Made by a program: the position numbers and the translations under genes | NCBI GenBank assembly: GCA_029265355.1 | Contig: JAJUJL010000008.1 | Span: forward strand, 96,758 to 160,757 | Reading direction: 5' to 3' | DNA from: Chloroflexota bacterium | Lineage (GTDB): Bacteria > Chloroflexota > Anaerolineae > Anaerolineales > UBA4823 | DNA: 64,000 nucleotides | Shown: piece by piece, positions 9,537-18,821 of the stretch | How the letters are laid out: every line of letters starts with the position of its first letter | How positions within the stretch are numbered: position 1 is the first letter of the stretch | The notes under the pieces: generated by a model | Database searches by the model: none | Told to the model about the DNA's origin: nothing | What the model saw: only the letters and a program-made list of their open reading frames with translations

Positions 9537-12266
9537 ATGGTTCAAACTTGGAAATTCATCGACAAACACGGCGCGTTCGAGCTGCCAGATGCACATCACT
9601 CAAGTTATCTGTATTTTCCTCTTGTAAACGAAGCCGGGATCATGTCCTCGATAAGCCCGATCCTGCACGGCGATATCAAATCCGGGCACCACACCTTTCT
9701 TACGCCACCTGTATCGGTAGAAGATCTACATAATTCGCGCGCCAGCCGGAATTTCTGGCTTCATATTGAGAATGTCGGAGCATGGTCGGCGACGGGCAAT
9801 GCCGCATCGCAGATCGCTCATAAATTTTCGGGTAAAGAGAATGAGCAGGTAACGCTTCGCGCCGGTTTTCTTTGGCACCAGATCACCCGCAAGAGCAAGC
9901 AGCCTGGGCTACAAGCTGAAATAACCAACCTGGCACCGCCGTCCAGCGATCAGGTGGAATTGATGCAGGTACGGCTCACCAATACCTCAGACCAACCCAT
10001 CCGATTTACAGCCACTGCGGCGATCCCCATTTTTGGGCGCTCAGCAGACAATCTGCGCGATCACCGGCACGTCACCTCTTTGCTGCACCGGATTACCTGC
10101 ACCAAGTATGGTATTCAGGTTCAGCCAACACTGTCTTTCGATGAACGTGGCCACCATCTTAACCATATCCGCTACTTTGTCCTTGGCGCAGAAAGCGACG
10201 GCGCCCCGCCCGAGGGCTTCTTCCCCATTCTCGAAGATTTCATTGGCGAGGGAGGCAGCCTGGATTGGCCTGAAGCGGTTGTCCAACCTGTACGGGACTG
10301 CGTTCCAGCCGGGCAATCCTTCGAAGGCTATGAAGCAATTGGTGGGCTGCGCTTCAGAGAAGTCAATTTGCTCCCCGGACAAGCCTGCACCTATATTCTC
10401 ATCATGGGTATGACTTCGCACGAGACCTCCCTCCAGCGCCTGGTCAATACTTACGGCAGCCAGGCGAAATTCGCCGAATGGCTCGAAAAAACGAAAACCT
10501 ATTGGCAGCGCAGGCTCGAACACCTGGATTTCCAATCTGGCAATGTTCAATACGACCTTTGGCTCAAGTGGGTGAGCTTGCAGCCCATTCTACGCCGTGA
10601 GATGGGCAATTCTTTCCTGCCTTTCCACGATTACGGGCGAGGTGGGCGTGGCTGGCGTGATCTCTGGCAAGATATCCTGGCGCTCTTGATTATTGAATCC
10701 GGCGCCGTGGACCAGATGCTGTTCGAAAACTTCGCTGGCGTGCGCCTGGATGGTAGCAATGCCACCATCATTGGCAACAGACCGGGAGAATTCAAGGCCG
10801 ACCGCAACAACATTCCCCGCGTGTGGATGGATCATGGCGCCTGGCCTCTATTAACGACCCTGCTTTACATCGATCAAACCGGAGACCTGGACTTTCTGCT
10901 CAGGAACCAGGTTTATTTCAAAGATCACCTGATTGAGCGGGCTCAGTCAACCGACGTACATTGGGAGCCCAGCCAGGGAACCCTGCAGCGCACCCGGGCA
11001 GGAGATGTCTACCAGGGCACGATCCTGGAGCATTTGCTCGTCCAGCACCTGACGGCATTCTTCAATGTGGGTGAGCACAATCACATCAAGTTAGAGGGGG
11101 CTGACTGGAACGATGGCATGGACATGGCTGCCCAGCGAGGCGAGAGCGTGGCGTTCTCTGCGCTGTACGCCAGCAATATTAAGCAGATCAGCCAATTGGT
11201 CCAAGAGCTCCGCAATTCCGGTCATGAGCAAGTAGAGGTGGCAGCAGAGATTCGATTGCTTTTGGATACGCTGCAACACCCAATTGACTACCGCTCTATC
11301 AATGACAGGCAGCAGCGCCTGCGAGAATATTTCGCCGCCGTTTCACACACCTTATCCGGAGAAAAGGTTGCCATTCCCCTGGCTGACCTGGCGGCGGACC
11401 TGGCTGCCAAGGCAGAATGGATGATGGCGCACATCAGGGAGCAGGAATGGATTTCTCATCAGGATGGATATGGATGGTTCAACGGTTATTACGATAATGA
11501 CGGCCAGCGACTGGAGGGGATTCATCCGAACGGGGTGCGCATCACCCTTACCGGTCAGGTCTTTACCTTGATGGGTGGCGTTGCTACGGATGAGCAAGCC
11601 GATAAAATCATCCAGGCTGTGGAGCGCCTTTTGTTCGACCCTGGCGTTGGGGGATACCGGCTGAATTCCAATTTCCAGGAAGTGCTCTTGAACATGGGAC
11701 GCTGCTTTGGCTTTGCCTACGGGCACAAAGAGAACGGCGCCATGTTCAGCCACATGGCAGTCATGTACGCCTATGCGCTTTATCAGCGAGGTTTTGCAAA
11801 ACAGGCTTACAAAGCATTGGAGCAAATATACCGGCAGAGTGTGGATTTCCCAATCAGCCGCATGTATCCGGGCATCCCAGAGTATTTCAATGCTCGTGGG
11901 CGGGGCGTGTACACCTACCTGACAGGTTCGGCAAGTTGGTATCTACTGACATTGCTCACCCAGGCCTTCGGTGTGCGCGGTCAAACCGGAGATTTGGCGT
12001 TGGCGCCCAAATTGGTTGCAGAGCAATTCGACGCCAAAGGGCAAGCCAGTGTGCTGACCCGCTTTGCAGACCGGCGGATCCAGGTGATTTTCCATAACAC
12101 CGAGAAACTGAACTACGGCGATTATCGAATTGTGAGAGTCACAATCGATGGCGATGAACTGCTGCTCGAGAATCCTGCCGAGAGCGTGCGGATAGCCCGG
12201 CAGCGCATTGCCGCCCTGTCGCCAGATCAGGTGCACGAAATTCGCGCCTGGCTGGGAGCAAAATAA
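9537..12266 (+). CDS. GH94 glycoside phosphorylase (laminaribiose/cellobiose phosphorylase-like)
   Basis: 909 aa. N-terminal HSSYLYFPLVNEAGIMSSISP..RNFW. Motifs GRGGRGWRDLWQD, catalytic-type GADWNDGMDM and HKENGAMFSHM. Size and motifs fit laminaribiose phosphorylase-type GH94. Confidence 0.75.
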   Translation: MVQTWKFIDKHGAFELPDAHHSSYLYFPLVNEAGIMSSISPILHGDIKSGHHTFLTPPVSVEDLHNSRASRNFWLHIENVGAWSATGNAASQIAHKFSGKENEQVTLRAGFLWHQITRKSKQPGLQAEITNLAPPSSDQVELMQVRLTNTSDQPIRFTATAAIPIFGRSADNLRDHRHVTSLLHRITCTKYGIQVQPTLSFDERGHHLNHIRYFVLGAESDGAPPEGFFPILEDFIGEGGSLDWPEAVVQPVRDCVPAGQSFEGYEAIGGLRFREVNLLPGQACTYILIMGMTSHETSLQRLVNTYGSQAKFAEWLEKTKTYWQRRLEHLDFQSGNVQYDLWLKWVSLQPILRREMGNSFLPFHDYGRGGRGWRDLWQDILALLIIESGAVDQMLFENFAGVRLDGSNATIIGNRPGEFKADRNNIPRVWMDHGAWPLLTTLLYIDQTGDLDFLLRNQVYFKDHLIERAQSTDVHWEPSQGTLQRTRAGDVYQGTILEHLLVQHLTAFFNVGEHNHIKLEGADWNDGMDMAAQRGESVAFSALYASNIKQISQLVQELRNSGHEQVEVAAEIRLLLDTLQHPIDYRSINDRQQRLREYFAAVSHTLSGEKVAIPLADLAADLAAKAEWMMAHIREQEWISHQDGYGWFNGYYDNDGQRLEGIHPNGVRITLTGQVFTLMGGVATDEQADKIIQAVERLLFDPGVGGYRLNSNFQEVLLNMGRCFGFAYGHKENGAMFSHMAVMYAYALYQRGFAKQAYKALEQIYRQSVDFPISRMYPGIPEYFNARGRGVYTYLTGSASWYLLTLLTQAFGVRGQTGDLALAPKLVAEQFDAKGQASVLTRFADRRIQVIFHNTEKLNYGDYRIVRVTIDGDELLLENPAESVRIARQRIAALSPDQVHEIRAWLGAK

Positions 12267-12283
12267 TTGCACGGGAAGACAAG

Positions 12284-13666
12284 ATGGCTATTTCAGATGC
12301 ACTATTTCCGGACGGCTTTTTATGGGGCGCTGCCACTTCTGCTTATCAGATCGAAGGTGCATGGGATCAAGATGGCAAAGGCGAATCAATCTGGGATCGT
12401 TTTGCCCATACTCCCGGCAAGATATCCAACAATGACACCGGGGATGTCGCCTGTGACCATTACCATCGCTGGGCAGAAGATATCGAGTTGATGAAATGGT
12501 TGGGATTGAAAGCCTACCGTTTCTCGATTGCCTGGCCACGCGTCCTGCCAAACGGGCGAGGCAAAATTAACCAGGCTGGCCTGGATTTCTATGACCGCCT
12601 GGTAGACGGTTTATTGCAAGCAGGCATCACCCCAATGATCACCTTGTTTCATTGGGATCTGCCCCAGGCGCTCCAGGAAGAAGGCGGTTTTTCGGCTCGC
12701 TCCACGGCTGAGGCGTTTGTCGAATACACCGGCGTGGCCACTCGCCGCCTGGGGGATCGCGTCCGGCATTGGATCACCCACAACGAACCCTCGGTATACT
12801 CCTTCGTCGGTCACGTGATGGGGAGTCACGCACCCGGCTTGAGCGATCCATACCTGGCGCTGCGCGTCGCGCATCATCTGCTGCTCTCGCATGGCTGGAG
12901 CATCCCGGTGATCCGGGCAAACTGCCCGGGCGCAGAGATTGGTCTTGCGATGAACGTGAACTTCAACCAGCCCGCCTCGCCCAGCCTGTATGACCACCGC
13001 GCCTGGCAGTACGGTTACGGCATGTGGACGCGCTGGTTTCTGGATCCGCTCTACGGCCGCCATTACCCTGTTGACCTGGTGGAACATGCCATCGAAAAGC
13101 AAATGCTGCCTGCTGAAGGCACGGATTTCGTTGCCGAAGGCGACCTCACGGCAATTGCAACGCCCTGCGACTTTCTGGGGGTCAATTACTACACTCGCCA
13201 GCTCGCTCGCGACCAGGATATCCCGCCCGAACAAAACCTTGCGCCAACCGTGTTCCAGGCGCCAAAGAACGACCGCGACTGGCAGGAGATGGACGATTGG
13301 GAAGTTTACCCAGATGGGCTGTTCAATGTTTTGGCCTGGCTGTATTTCGAATACCAGCCCAAGGCATTCCATATCACCGAGAGTGGCGCAAGCTGGTCAG
13401 ACAGCCCAGACGCGACCGGCAGGGTTAGAGACAACCGCCGCATCGATTTCTTGCAACAGCACTTTGCCGCCGCCCGGCGTGCAATTCAAATTGGCGTGCC
13501 TCTGAAGGGTTACTTCGTCTGGTCTTTGATGGATAACCTGGAATGGGGCTATGGCTTCTCGCAGCGCTTCGGCTTGATCTGGGTGGACTTCGCGACCCAG
13601 CAGCGCATCATCAAAGACAGCGGTCACTGGTATCGACGAGTGATCGCCACGAATGGAATTGCTTGA
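12284..13666 (+). CDS. GH1 beta-glucosidase
   Basis: 460 aa. FLWGAATSAYQIEG, TLFHWDLP, acid/base WITHNEP, nucleophile region HITESGAS (ITENG variant), DNLEW. Confidence 0.9.
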   Translation: MAISDALFPDGFLWGAATSAYQIEGAWDQDGKGESIWDRFAHTPGKISNNDTGDVACDHYHRWAEDIELMKWLGLKAYRFSIAWPRVLPNGRGKINQAGLDFYDRLVDGLLQAGITPMITLFHWDLPQALQEEGGFSARSTAEAFVEYTGVATRRLGDRVRHWITHNEPSVYSFVGHVMGSHAPGLSDPYLALRVAHHLLLSHGWSIPVIRANCPGAEIGLAMNVNFNQPASPSLYDHRAWQYGYGMWTRWFLDPLYGRHYPVDLVEHAIEKQMLPAEGTDFVAEGDLTAIATPCDFLGVNYYTRQLARDQDIPPEQNLAPTVFQAPKNDRDWQEMDDWEVYPDGLFNVLAWLYFEYQPKAFHITESGASWSDSPDATGRVRDNRRIDFLQQHFAAARRAIQIGVPLKGYFVWSLMDNLEWGYGFSQRFGLIWVDFATQQRIIKDSGHWYRRVIATNGIA

Positions 13667-13777
13667 GATGGTGAATCATTCCAGGCTACACCAGCAACGA
13701 ACACCCCCCATAGACCAGGCAAATTGCAAGTGAATGCTTAAAGCATCACCCTGGGCTGAATAAGGGGATTAAAAAAA

Positions 13778-13812
13778 GCGACCCTGAAGGTTTTTCAAAC
13801 CCTTGGGGTCGC
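13778..13812. terminator. Bidirectional rho-independent terminator between convergent genes
   Basis: GCGACCCTGAAGG / CCTTGGGGTCGC stem with a 9-10 nt loop. It is flanked by AAAAAAA (13771-13777, a U-run for the minus-strand gene) and followed by TTTG on the plus strand. Confidence 0.65.
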
Positions 13813-13833
13813 TTTGCTGGCTGCAAGGAAGGT

Positions 13834-14106
13834 TCAGTTTACCGGCAAATTGTTGTCGACATGGACATGATTGTTCGCATCCCTGCCGACATGCTTCATA
13901 CATAAGTAGCCGTCGCCGTTCTGGTCCTGATCATTGCCAATGTGGTGATGCATGTGCTCGCCATCGTGATCGTGATCCATCATCTGGTGCAGTTGAAAAC
14001 CATCCGGACACCCACCGGTTGGAGCGCCGTCATCAGCCAGTGCGGCAAACACAACCGAAAACACGAGCAAGGTAGCAAAAAGCAGTGCGACAACGGTTTT
14101 TTTCAT
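13834..14106 (-). CDS. Small secreted His/Asp-rich protein (putative metal-binding)
   Basis: Signal peptide MKKTVVALLFATLLVFSVVFAALA, then DHDHDGEHMHHHIGNDQDQNGDGYLC and NNHVHVDNN, with two Cys. GGGAG lies 6 nt before ATG 14106, so I prefer this start to 14112. It has its own terminator. Confidence 0.6.
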   Translation of the reverse strand: MKKTVVALLFATLLVFSVVFAALADDGAPTGGCPDGFQLHQMMDHDHDGEHMHHHIGNDQDQNGDGYLCMKHVGRDANNHVHVDNNLPVN

Positions 14107-14224
14107 GAGCATCTCCCGAGTTCTTAACCATTGAATGAAGTCATACCAAGCAATCTGGATAATTGTAATCTTATATATCTATTTCAACAATGCCTGTGAG
14201 ATTTTTCATATCAGGTTGCCCCGG

Positions 14225-14253
14225 TAGATATTTCTGGATTGACCAGATAGAAT
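14225..14253 (+). promoter_or_regulatory. Candidate promoter TAGATA-17-TAGAAT upstream of the zinc-ribbon gene
   Basis: Hexamers at 14225-14230 and 14248-14253 with a 17-nt spacer in an AT-rich divergent intergenic region. Weak -35. Confidence 0.25.
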
Positions 14254-14319
14254 ATTGCAAATGCAGACTCCACCCTCCTCTTTGACATCCTCAACCGCTG
14301 GGATTAAACTATTCCCGCT

Positions 14320-15732
14320 ATGAACCATCCCGAGTTTTTCCGCCGCCTGGATTACGACGATGAGCAGTTCGAGCGCACGGTCGCTGCCGGCATCGCTGCT
14401 GTCAAGGGCAACGACAAGTTGCAGGCGCGCAGCCTGCTGTTCAAAGCTGCCGGCATGAAACCCTCCGATCCACGCCCCTGGTTGTGGCTCTCGGCGGTCA
14501 GCGAAGACACTGCTGAACAGATCGATTTCCTGGAGCACGCTGTCTCCGCCGATCCCGGCAACGCCGCTGCTCGCCGCAAGCTGGCGCTGCTGACCGGCAA
14601 GCTGGATGCGCAGCAAGTGGTTCCGGAAGGAGAAACAGTTGCGCCGCGCAATCCGCAAGAGCCTGAACCAGCACAGGCGGTCGAGACCTACCTGTGCGCG
14701 CAGTGCGGCGGTCACCTGACCTTCGATTCCATCCAACAGGCGCTGGTGTGCGAGTTCTGCGGCGCAACTCGGCAGATTGCGTCCAGCTACAGGGCAGAAG
14801 AGGCCGAACAGCCGCTCGATTTCACATTGTTCACCACCCGCGGGCACCGTTGGGCCGAAGCCGAGCACATCCTGTCTTGCCAGCGCTGCGGCGCGGGCTG
14901 GCTGCTGCCAGCCGCCCAGATGGCTGGCGAATGCCCTTATTGCGGTTCGCGCCAGGTGATCGCATCTGCTGAGAGCCAGGAACTGGTCGCTCCCCAGGTG
15001 ATCGCGCCGGCCGTCCTGGATCGCAGCCAAGTGGAGCGCGCCGTGCGCGACTGGCTAGGTCAGGGCTGGTTCATTCCCGACGATCTGCGCAAGCTGGCGC
15101 GGTCTTCGGCGCTGCGCCCGGCGTACTATCCCTTCTGGACCTTCGATGGCACGCTGGAGCTGCGTTGGTCCGCACAGGTCAATGAAGGCTCCCAGCGCAT
15201 GCCCGTCTGGCGCACGCACAGCGGCGCCGAGTTGGAGATGTTCGACGACGAACTGGTCTCCGGTTTCAAGGGACTGGAAGAAAAAGCCCTGGCAGGAGCG
15301 CTGCCCTTTCGGTTGAAAGAACTGGTGGAATTCAAGCCCGAATACCTGGCAGGCTGGACAGCGCTGACCTATAACCGCTCGCTTTCGGATGCCACACTGC
15401 TGGCGCGTGAGCAGGTGGCGCGCCGCCTGCGGCGCAGCCTGAACGACCGTGTGCTGGTCGGGGTGGAACACCAGCACCTGCAATCCGGCGCCACCAATTG
15501 GATTGCCATGTCGTACAAGCTGGCCTTGCTACCCTTGTGGGTGGGCAGCTTTCACTACAAAGGTCGTGAGTATCGCCTGATCGTCAACGGGCAAACCGGC
15601 AAGGTGGGTGGGCAGAAACCCACCGATTGGGTCAAAGTCTTTGCTTTTATCGCCAGCGCCCTGCTCACAATGGGAGTGGTAGCGCTCTTGCTTTGGCTGC
15701 TGGCTTACAGCCTGGGTTGGGTTACAATATAA
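14320..15732 (+). CDS. Membrane-anchored protein with TPR-like N-terminus and two zinc ribbons
   Basis: CAQCGG..CEFCGA and CQRCGA..CPYCGS ribbons. Conserved-looking LLPLWVGSFHYKGREYRLIVNGQTGKVGGQKP. C-terminal TM helix FAFIASALLTMGVVALLLWLLAY. Confidence 0.75.
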   Translation: MNHPEFFRRLDYDDEQFERTVAAGIAAVKGNDKLQARSLLFKAAGMKPSDPRPWLWLSAVSEDTAEQIDFLEHAVSADPGNAAARRKLALLTGKLDAQQVVPEGETVAPRNPQEPEPAQAVETYLCAQCGGHLTFDSIQQALVCEFCGATRQIASSYRAEEAEQPLDFTLFTTRGHRWAEAEHILSCQRCGAGWLLPAAQMAGECPYCGSRQVIASAESQELVAPQVIAPAVLDRSQVERAVRDWLGQGWFIPDDLRKLARSSALRPAYYPFWTFDGTLELRWSAQVNEGSQRMPVWRTHSGAELEMFDDELVSGFKGLEEKALAGALPFRLKELVEFKPEYLAGWTALTYNRSLSDATLLAREQVARRLRRSLNDRVLVGVEHQHLQSGATNWIAMSYKLALLPLWVGSFHYKGREYRLIVNGQTGKVGGQKPTDWVKVFAFIASALLTMGVVALLLWLLAYSLGWVTI

Positions 15733-15798
15733 GCGCTCAGGGCGGGAGCAGAACTCGCCGCCTGGAATGCGGGAATTATTTTCTTTTGTGGAGCTTGC

Positions 15799-18700
15799 AT
15801 GTCTGAACCGCTAAATTTCCAATCGATCATGATGACCCTGCTGGATTTCTGGGCCAAAGAAGGTTGCCTGATCTGGCAGCCTTATTATAGCCAGGTAGGC
15901 GCTGGCACCTACAACCCGGCCACCGCGCTGCGCGTGCTGGGACCCGAGCCGTGGCGTGTGGTGTATGTCGAGCCGTCCATTCGCCCCGACGATGGACGCT
16001 ACGGTGAGAACCCCAACCGCATGCAGATGCACTACCAGATCCAGGTGATCCTCAAGCCCGATCCCGGCAACCCGCAGGAGATGTACCTGCGCTCGTTGGA
16101 AGCGCTGGGCATCGACCCGCGCAAACACGACATCCGCTTTGTGGAGGACAACTGGGAATCGCCGGCGCTGGGCGCCTGGGGCCTGGGATGGGAAGTGTGG
16201 CTGGATGGGCAAGAAATCACCCAGTTCACCTACTTTCAACAGGCGGGTGGCTACCAGCTCGACCCGGTCTCGGTAGAAATCACCTATGGGCTGGAACGCA
16301 TCGCCATCGCTTTGCAGCGGGTGAACAGCTTTCGCGACATCCAATGGAGCCCGGATCGCACCGATGGCGATGTCAACCTGCAGGCAGAGCAGGAACATTC
16401 GAAATATTATTTCGAGATCGCCGACGTGGAGCGCCTGCGCCGCATGTACGAGCTGTTCGAAGCCGAGGCCAACGCCTGCCTGGAGCAGAAATTGGTGCTG
16501 CCAGCGCACGATTACGTGCTCAAGTGCTCACACACATTCAATGTATTGGACACGCGCGGCGCCATCGGTGTGACCGAGCGCCAGGCCTACTTCGCCCGCA
16601 TGCGCGATCTCTCGCGGCGCGTCGCTGAGGCCTACATGGAACAGCGCCAACGGCTGGAATACCCCTGGTTGCAGCAGGCGATACGCGAAACTGCAAGCAA
16701 TGCAAAAGCCAGCGGAGAGAGACCCGCGCTTCCCGCAGCAACTGCCCCCCAGCCATTCCTGTTGGAAATTGGCACCGAAGAGCTGCCCGCTGGCGACCTG
16801 GATTCAGCGTTGGCGCAGCTTGGCTCGCGCCTGCCCTCCCTGCTCGACGAGCTGCGCCTGGCGTATGGCAGCTTGCAGGTGCTGGGCACACCGCGCCGCC
16901 TGGTAGTTTATGTTGAAGATCTGGCTGCTCGCCAGACAGATCTGGAAGAAGTGGTCAAAGGACCGCCTGCCAGCCGCGCCTTCGGACCCGATGGCGCCCC
17001 GACCCCGGCGGCGATTGGTTTCGCCCGCAGCAAGGGCTTGCGGGTTTCAGATTTGCAGGTGAGAGAGATCGAGGGCGGCAAGTATGTCACCGCGGTGGTG
17101 CGCCAGGAAGGCAAACCAGCGTTGGAAGTGCTGGCGCAAGCCCTGCCGGGATTGATTGCCAGCCTGAAATTCGAAAAATCCATGCGCTGGAACAGCAGCA
17201 ACGCCGCCTTTTCACGCCCGGTGCGCTGGTTGCTGGCGCTGCTTGGCGAGCAAGTCGTACCTATCCAATACGCTGGCCTGGTTTCCGGCAATATCACCCG
17301 CGGACTGCGCTTCGCGCCGGCGGAGGAACTGCCGGTGAGCGACGCAGCAGCATACTTCCGCGCCATGCACGAGCAAGGCGTCATCCTCGACCCGGGAGAG
17401 CGCAAACAGCGCATTTGGGAGCACGTGCAGGCGCTGGCCGCCGAGGTGGGTGGACAGGTGGCAGAAGACGTCGATTTGCTGGCGGAGGTGACCAACCTGG
17501 TGGAGGCGCCCGCCGCGCTGCGCGGTGCGTTCGACCCGGCTCACCTGGCGCTGCCGCGTGAGGTCTTGATTTCGGTGATGAAGAAGCACCAGCGCTACTT
17601 CCCGGTGCAAACCGATGGCAAACTGCTGCCCTACTTTATCATTGTCGCCAACAAACCCTCGAAATCGGCAGGCGACTGCCAGGGCGCGGACACGATCATC
17701 GAAGGCAATGAGCACGTCATCCGGGCGCGCTTTGCCGACGCAGCCTACTTCGTGCGCGAGGACCGCAAGCGCCCTCTGGAGGCTTATCTGCCTCGCCTGA
17801 GCACGCTCACCTTCCAGTACAAGCTCGGTTCGATGCTGGAAAAATCTCAGCGCGTGGAAAAACTGGTCAAGGACCTGGCGCCGTTGTTGAGCCTGGATGA
17901 GAGCGGGCTGGCCACCGCCCGCCGTGCAGCCGCCCTTTGCAAAGCTGACCTTGCCACCCAGATGGTGGTGGAAATGACCTCGCTGCAGGGTGTGATGGGT
18001 TACTACTACGCCCTGGCCTCTGGCGAGACGCCTGAAGTGGCTCAAGCTATCATGGAACATTACCTGCCGCGTTACACCGGCGATGCGCTGCCAACCACAA
18101 AGGCCGGACTGGCAGTGGGCCTGGCAGATCGCCTGGATACGCTCACGGGACTGTTTGCCGCCGGCCTGGCGCCCAGTGGCAACAAAGATCCATTTGCCCA
18201 GCGCCGCACTGCCCTGGGTTTGGTGCAAAATCTCATCTCCAGCGAGTTGGAGCTCGACTTGCGCCAGGCAGTAGCAATGGCGGCCGCACACCAGCCGATC
18301 GCGATTTCGGATGAGAATCGCGCCGCGGTGCTCACCTTTATCATCGAACGCTTGCGCAACCTGCTGCTCGAGCAAGGTTATCGCTACGACGTGGTCGATG
18401 CGGTGGTCGCCGAGCAGGGCTACACCCCGGCCCGCGCCGCTCGCGCCGCAGCCGAGCTTTCGCAATGGGTAGGGCGCCCGGACTGGAACACCATCCTGCC
18501 CGCTTACGCTCGCTGTGTGCGCATCACTCGCAGCGTTGGCGAGAAATTCGACGTGCTGCCGGAGAGCTTCGTCGAACCAGCGGAGAAGACGCTTTACACC
18601 GCCCTGCAAACCGCCGAATCCGCCTCTCGCCGCCCTGGCTCCGTCGATGATTTCTTGAACGCCTTCTTGCCAATGATCCCGGCGATCAATAAATTCTTCG

Positions 18701-18819
18701 ATGATGTGCTGGTGATGGCAGAGGATGAACTGCTGCGCCGCAACCGTCTGGGACTGGTGCAGCGCATCGCTGCCCTGGCGAACGGCGCCGCTGACCTGAG
18801 CCGCCTGGAGGGATTCTAA
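15799..18819 (+). CDS. glyQS: Glycine--tRNA ligase, fused alpha+beta subunits
   Basis: 1006 aa. The N-terminal ~290 aa are GlyQ-like ([32 protein letters not shown]) and the remainder is GlyS-like, in one uninterrupted frame. Confidence 0.95.
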   Translation: MSEPLNFQSIMMTLLDFWAKEGCLIWQPYYSQVGAGTYNPATALRVLGPEPWRVVYVEPSIRPDDGRYGENPNRMQMHYQIQVILKPDPGNPQEMYLRSLEALGIDPRKHDIRFVEDNWESPALGAWGLGWEVWLDGQEITQFTYFQQAGGYQLDPVSVEITYGLERIAIALQRVNSFRDIQWSPDRTDGDVNLQAEQEHSKYYFEIADVERLRRMYELFEAEANACLEQKLVLPAHDYVLKCSHTFNVLDTRGAIGVTERQAYFARMRDLSRRVAEAYMEQRQRLEYPWLQQAIRETASNAKASGERPALPAATAPQPFLLEIGTEELPAGDLDSALAQLGSRLPSLLDELRLAYGSLQVLGTPRRLVVYVEDLAARQTDLEEVVKGPPASRAFGPDGAPTPAAIGFARSKGLRVSDLQVREIEGGKYVTAVVRQEGKPALEVLAQALPGLIASLKFEKSMRWNSSNAAFSRPVRWLLALLGEQVVPIQYAGLVSGNITRGLRFAPAEELPVSDAAAYFRAMHEQGVILDPGERKQRIWEHVQALAAEVGGQVAEDVDLLAEVTNLVEAPAALRGAFDPAHLALPREVLISVMKKHQRYFPVQTDGKLLPYFIIVANKPSKSAGDCQGADTIIEGNEHVIRARFADAAYFVREDRKRPLEAYLPRLSTLTFQYKLGSMLEKSQRVEKLVKDLAPLLSLDESGLATARRAAALCKADLATQMVVEMTSLQGVMGYYYALASGETPEVAQAIMEHYLPRYTGDALPTTKAGLAVGLADRLDTLTGLFAAGLAPSGNKDPFAQRRTALGLVQNLISSELELDLRQAVAMAAAHQPIAISDENRAAVLTFIIERLRNLLLEQGYRYDVVDAVVAEQGYTPARAARAAAELSQWVGRPDWNTILPAYARCVRITRSVGEKFDVLPESFVEPAEKTLYTALQTAESASRRPGSVDDFLNAFLPMIPAINKFFDDVLVMAEDELLRRNRLGLVQRIAALANGAADLSRLEGF

Positions 18820-18821
18820 AT

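Noticed and set aside
14206-15030. 274-aa minus-strand ORF overlapping the zinc-ribbon gene
   Set aside because: Arg/Ala/Gly/Leu-rich, low-complexity translation typical of the antisense frame of a GC-rich gene, with no motif. The plus-strand frame has zinc ribbons, a TM helix and a sensible start.
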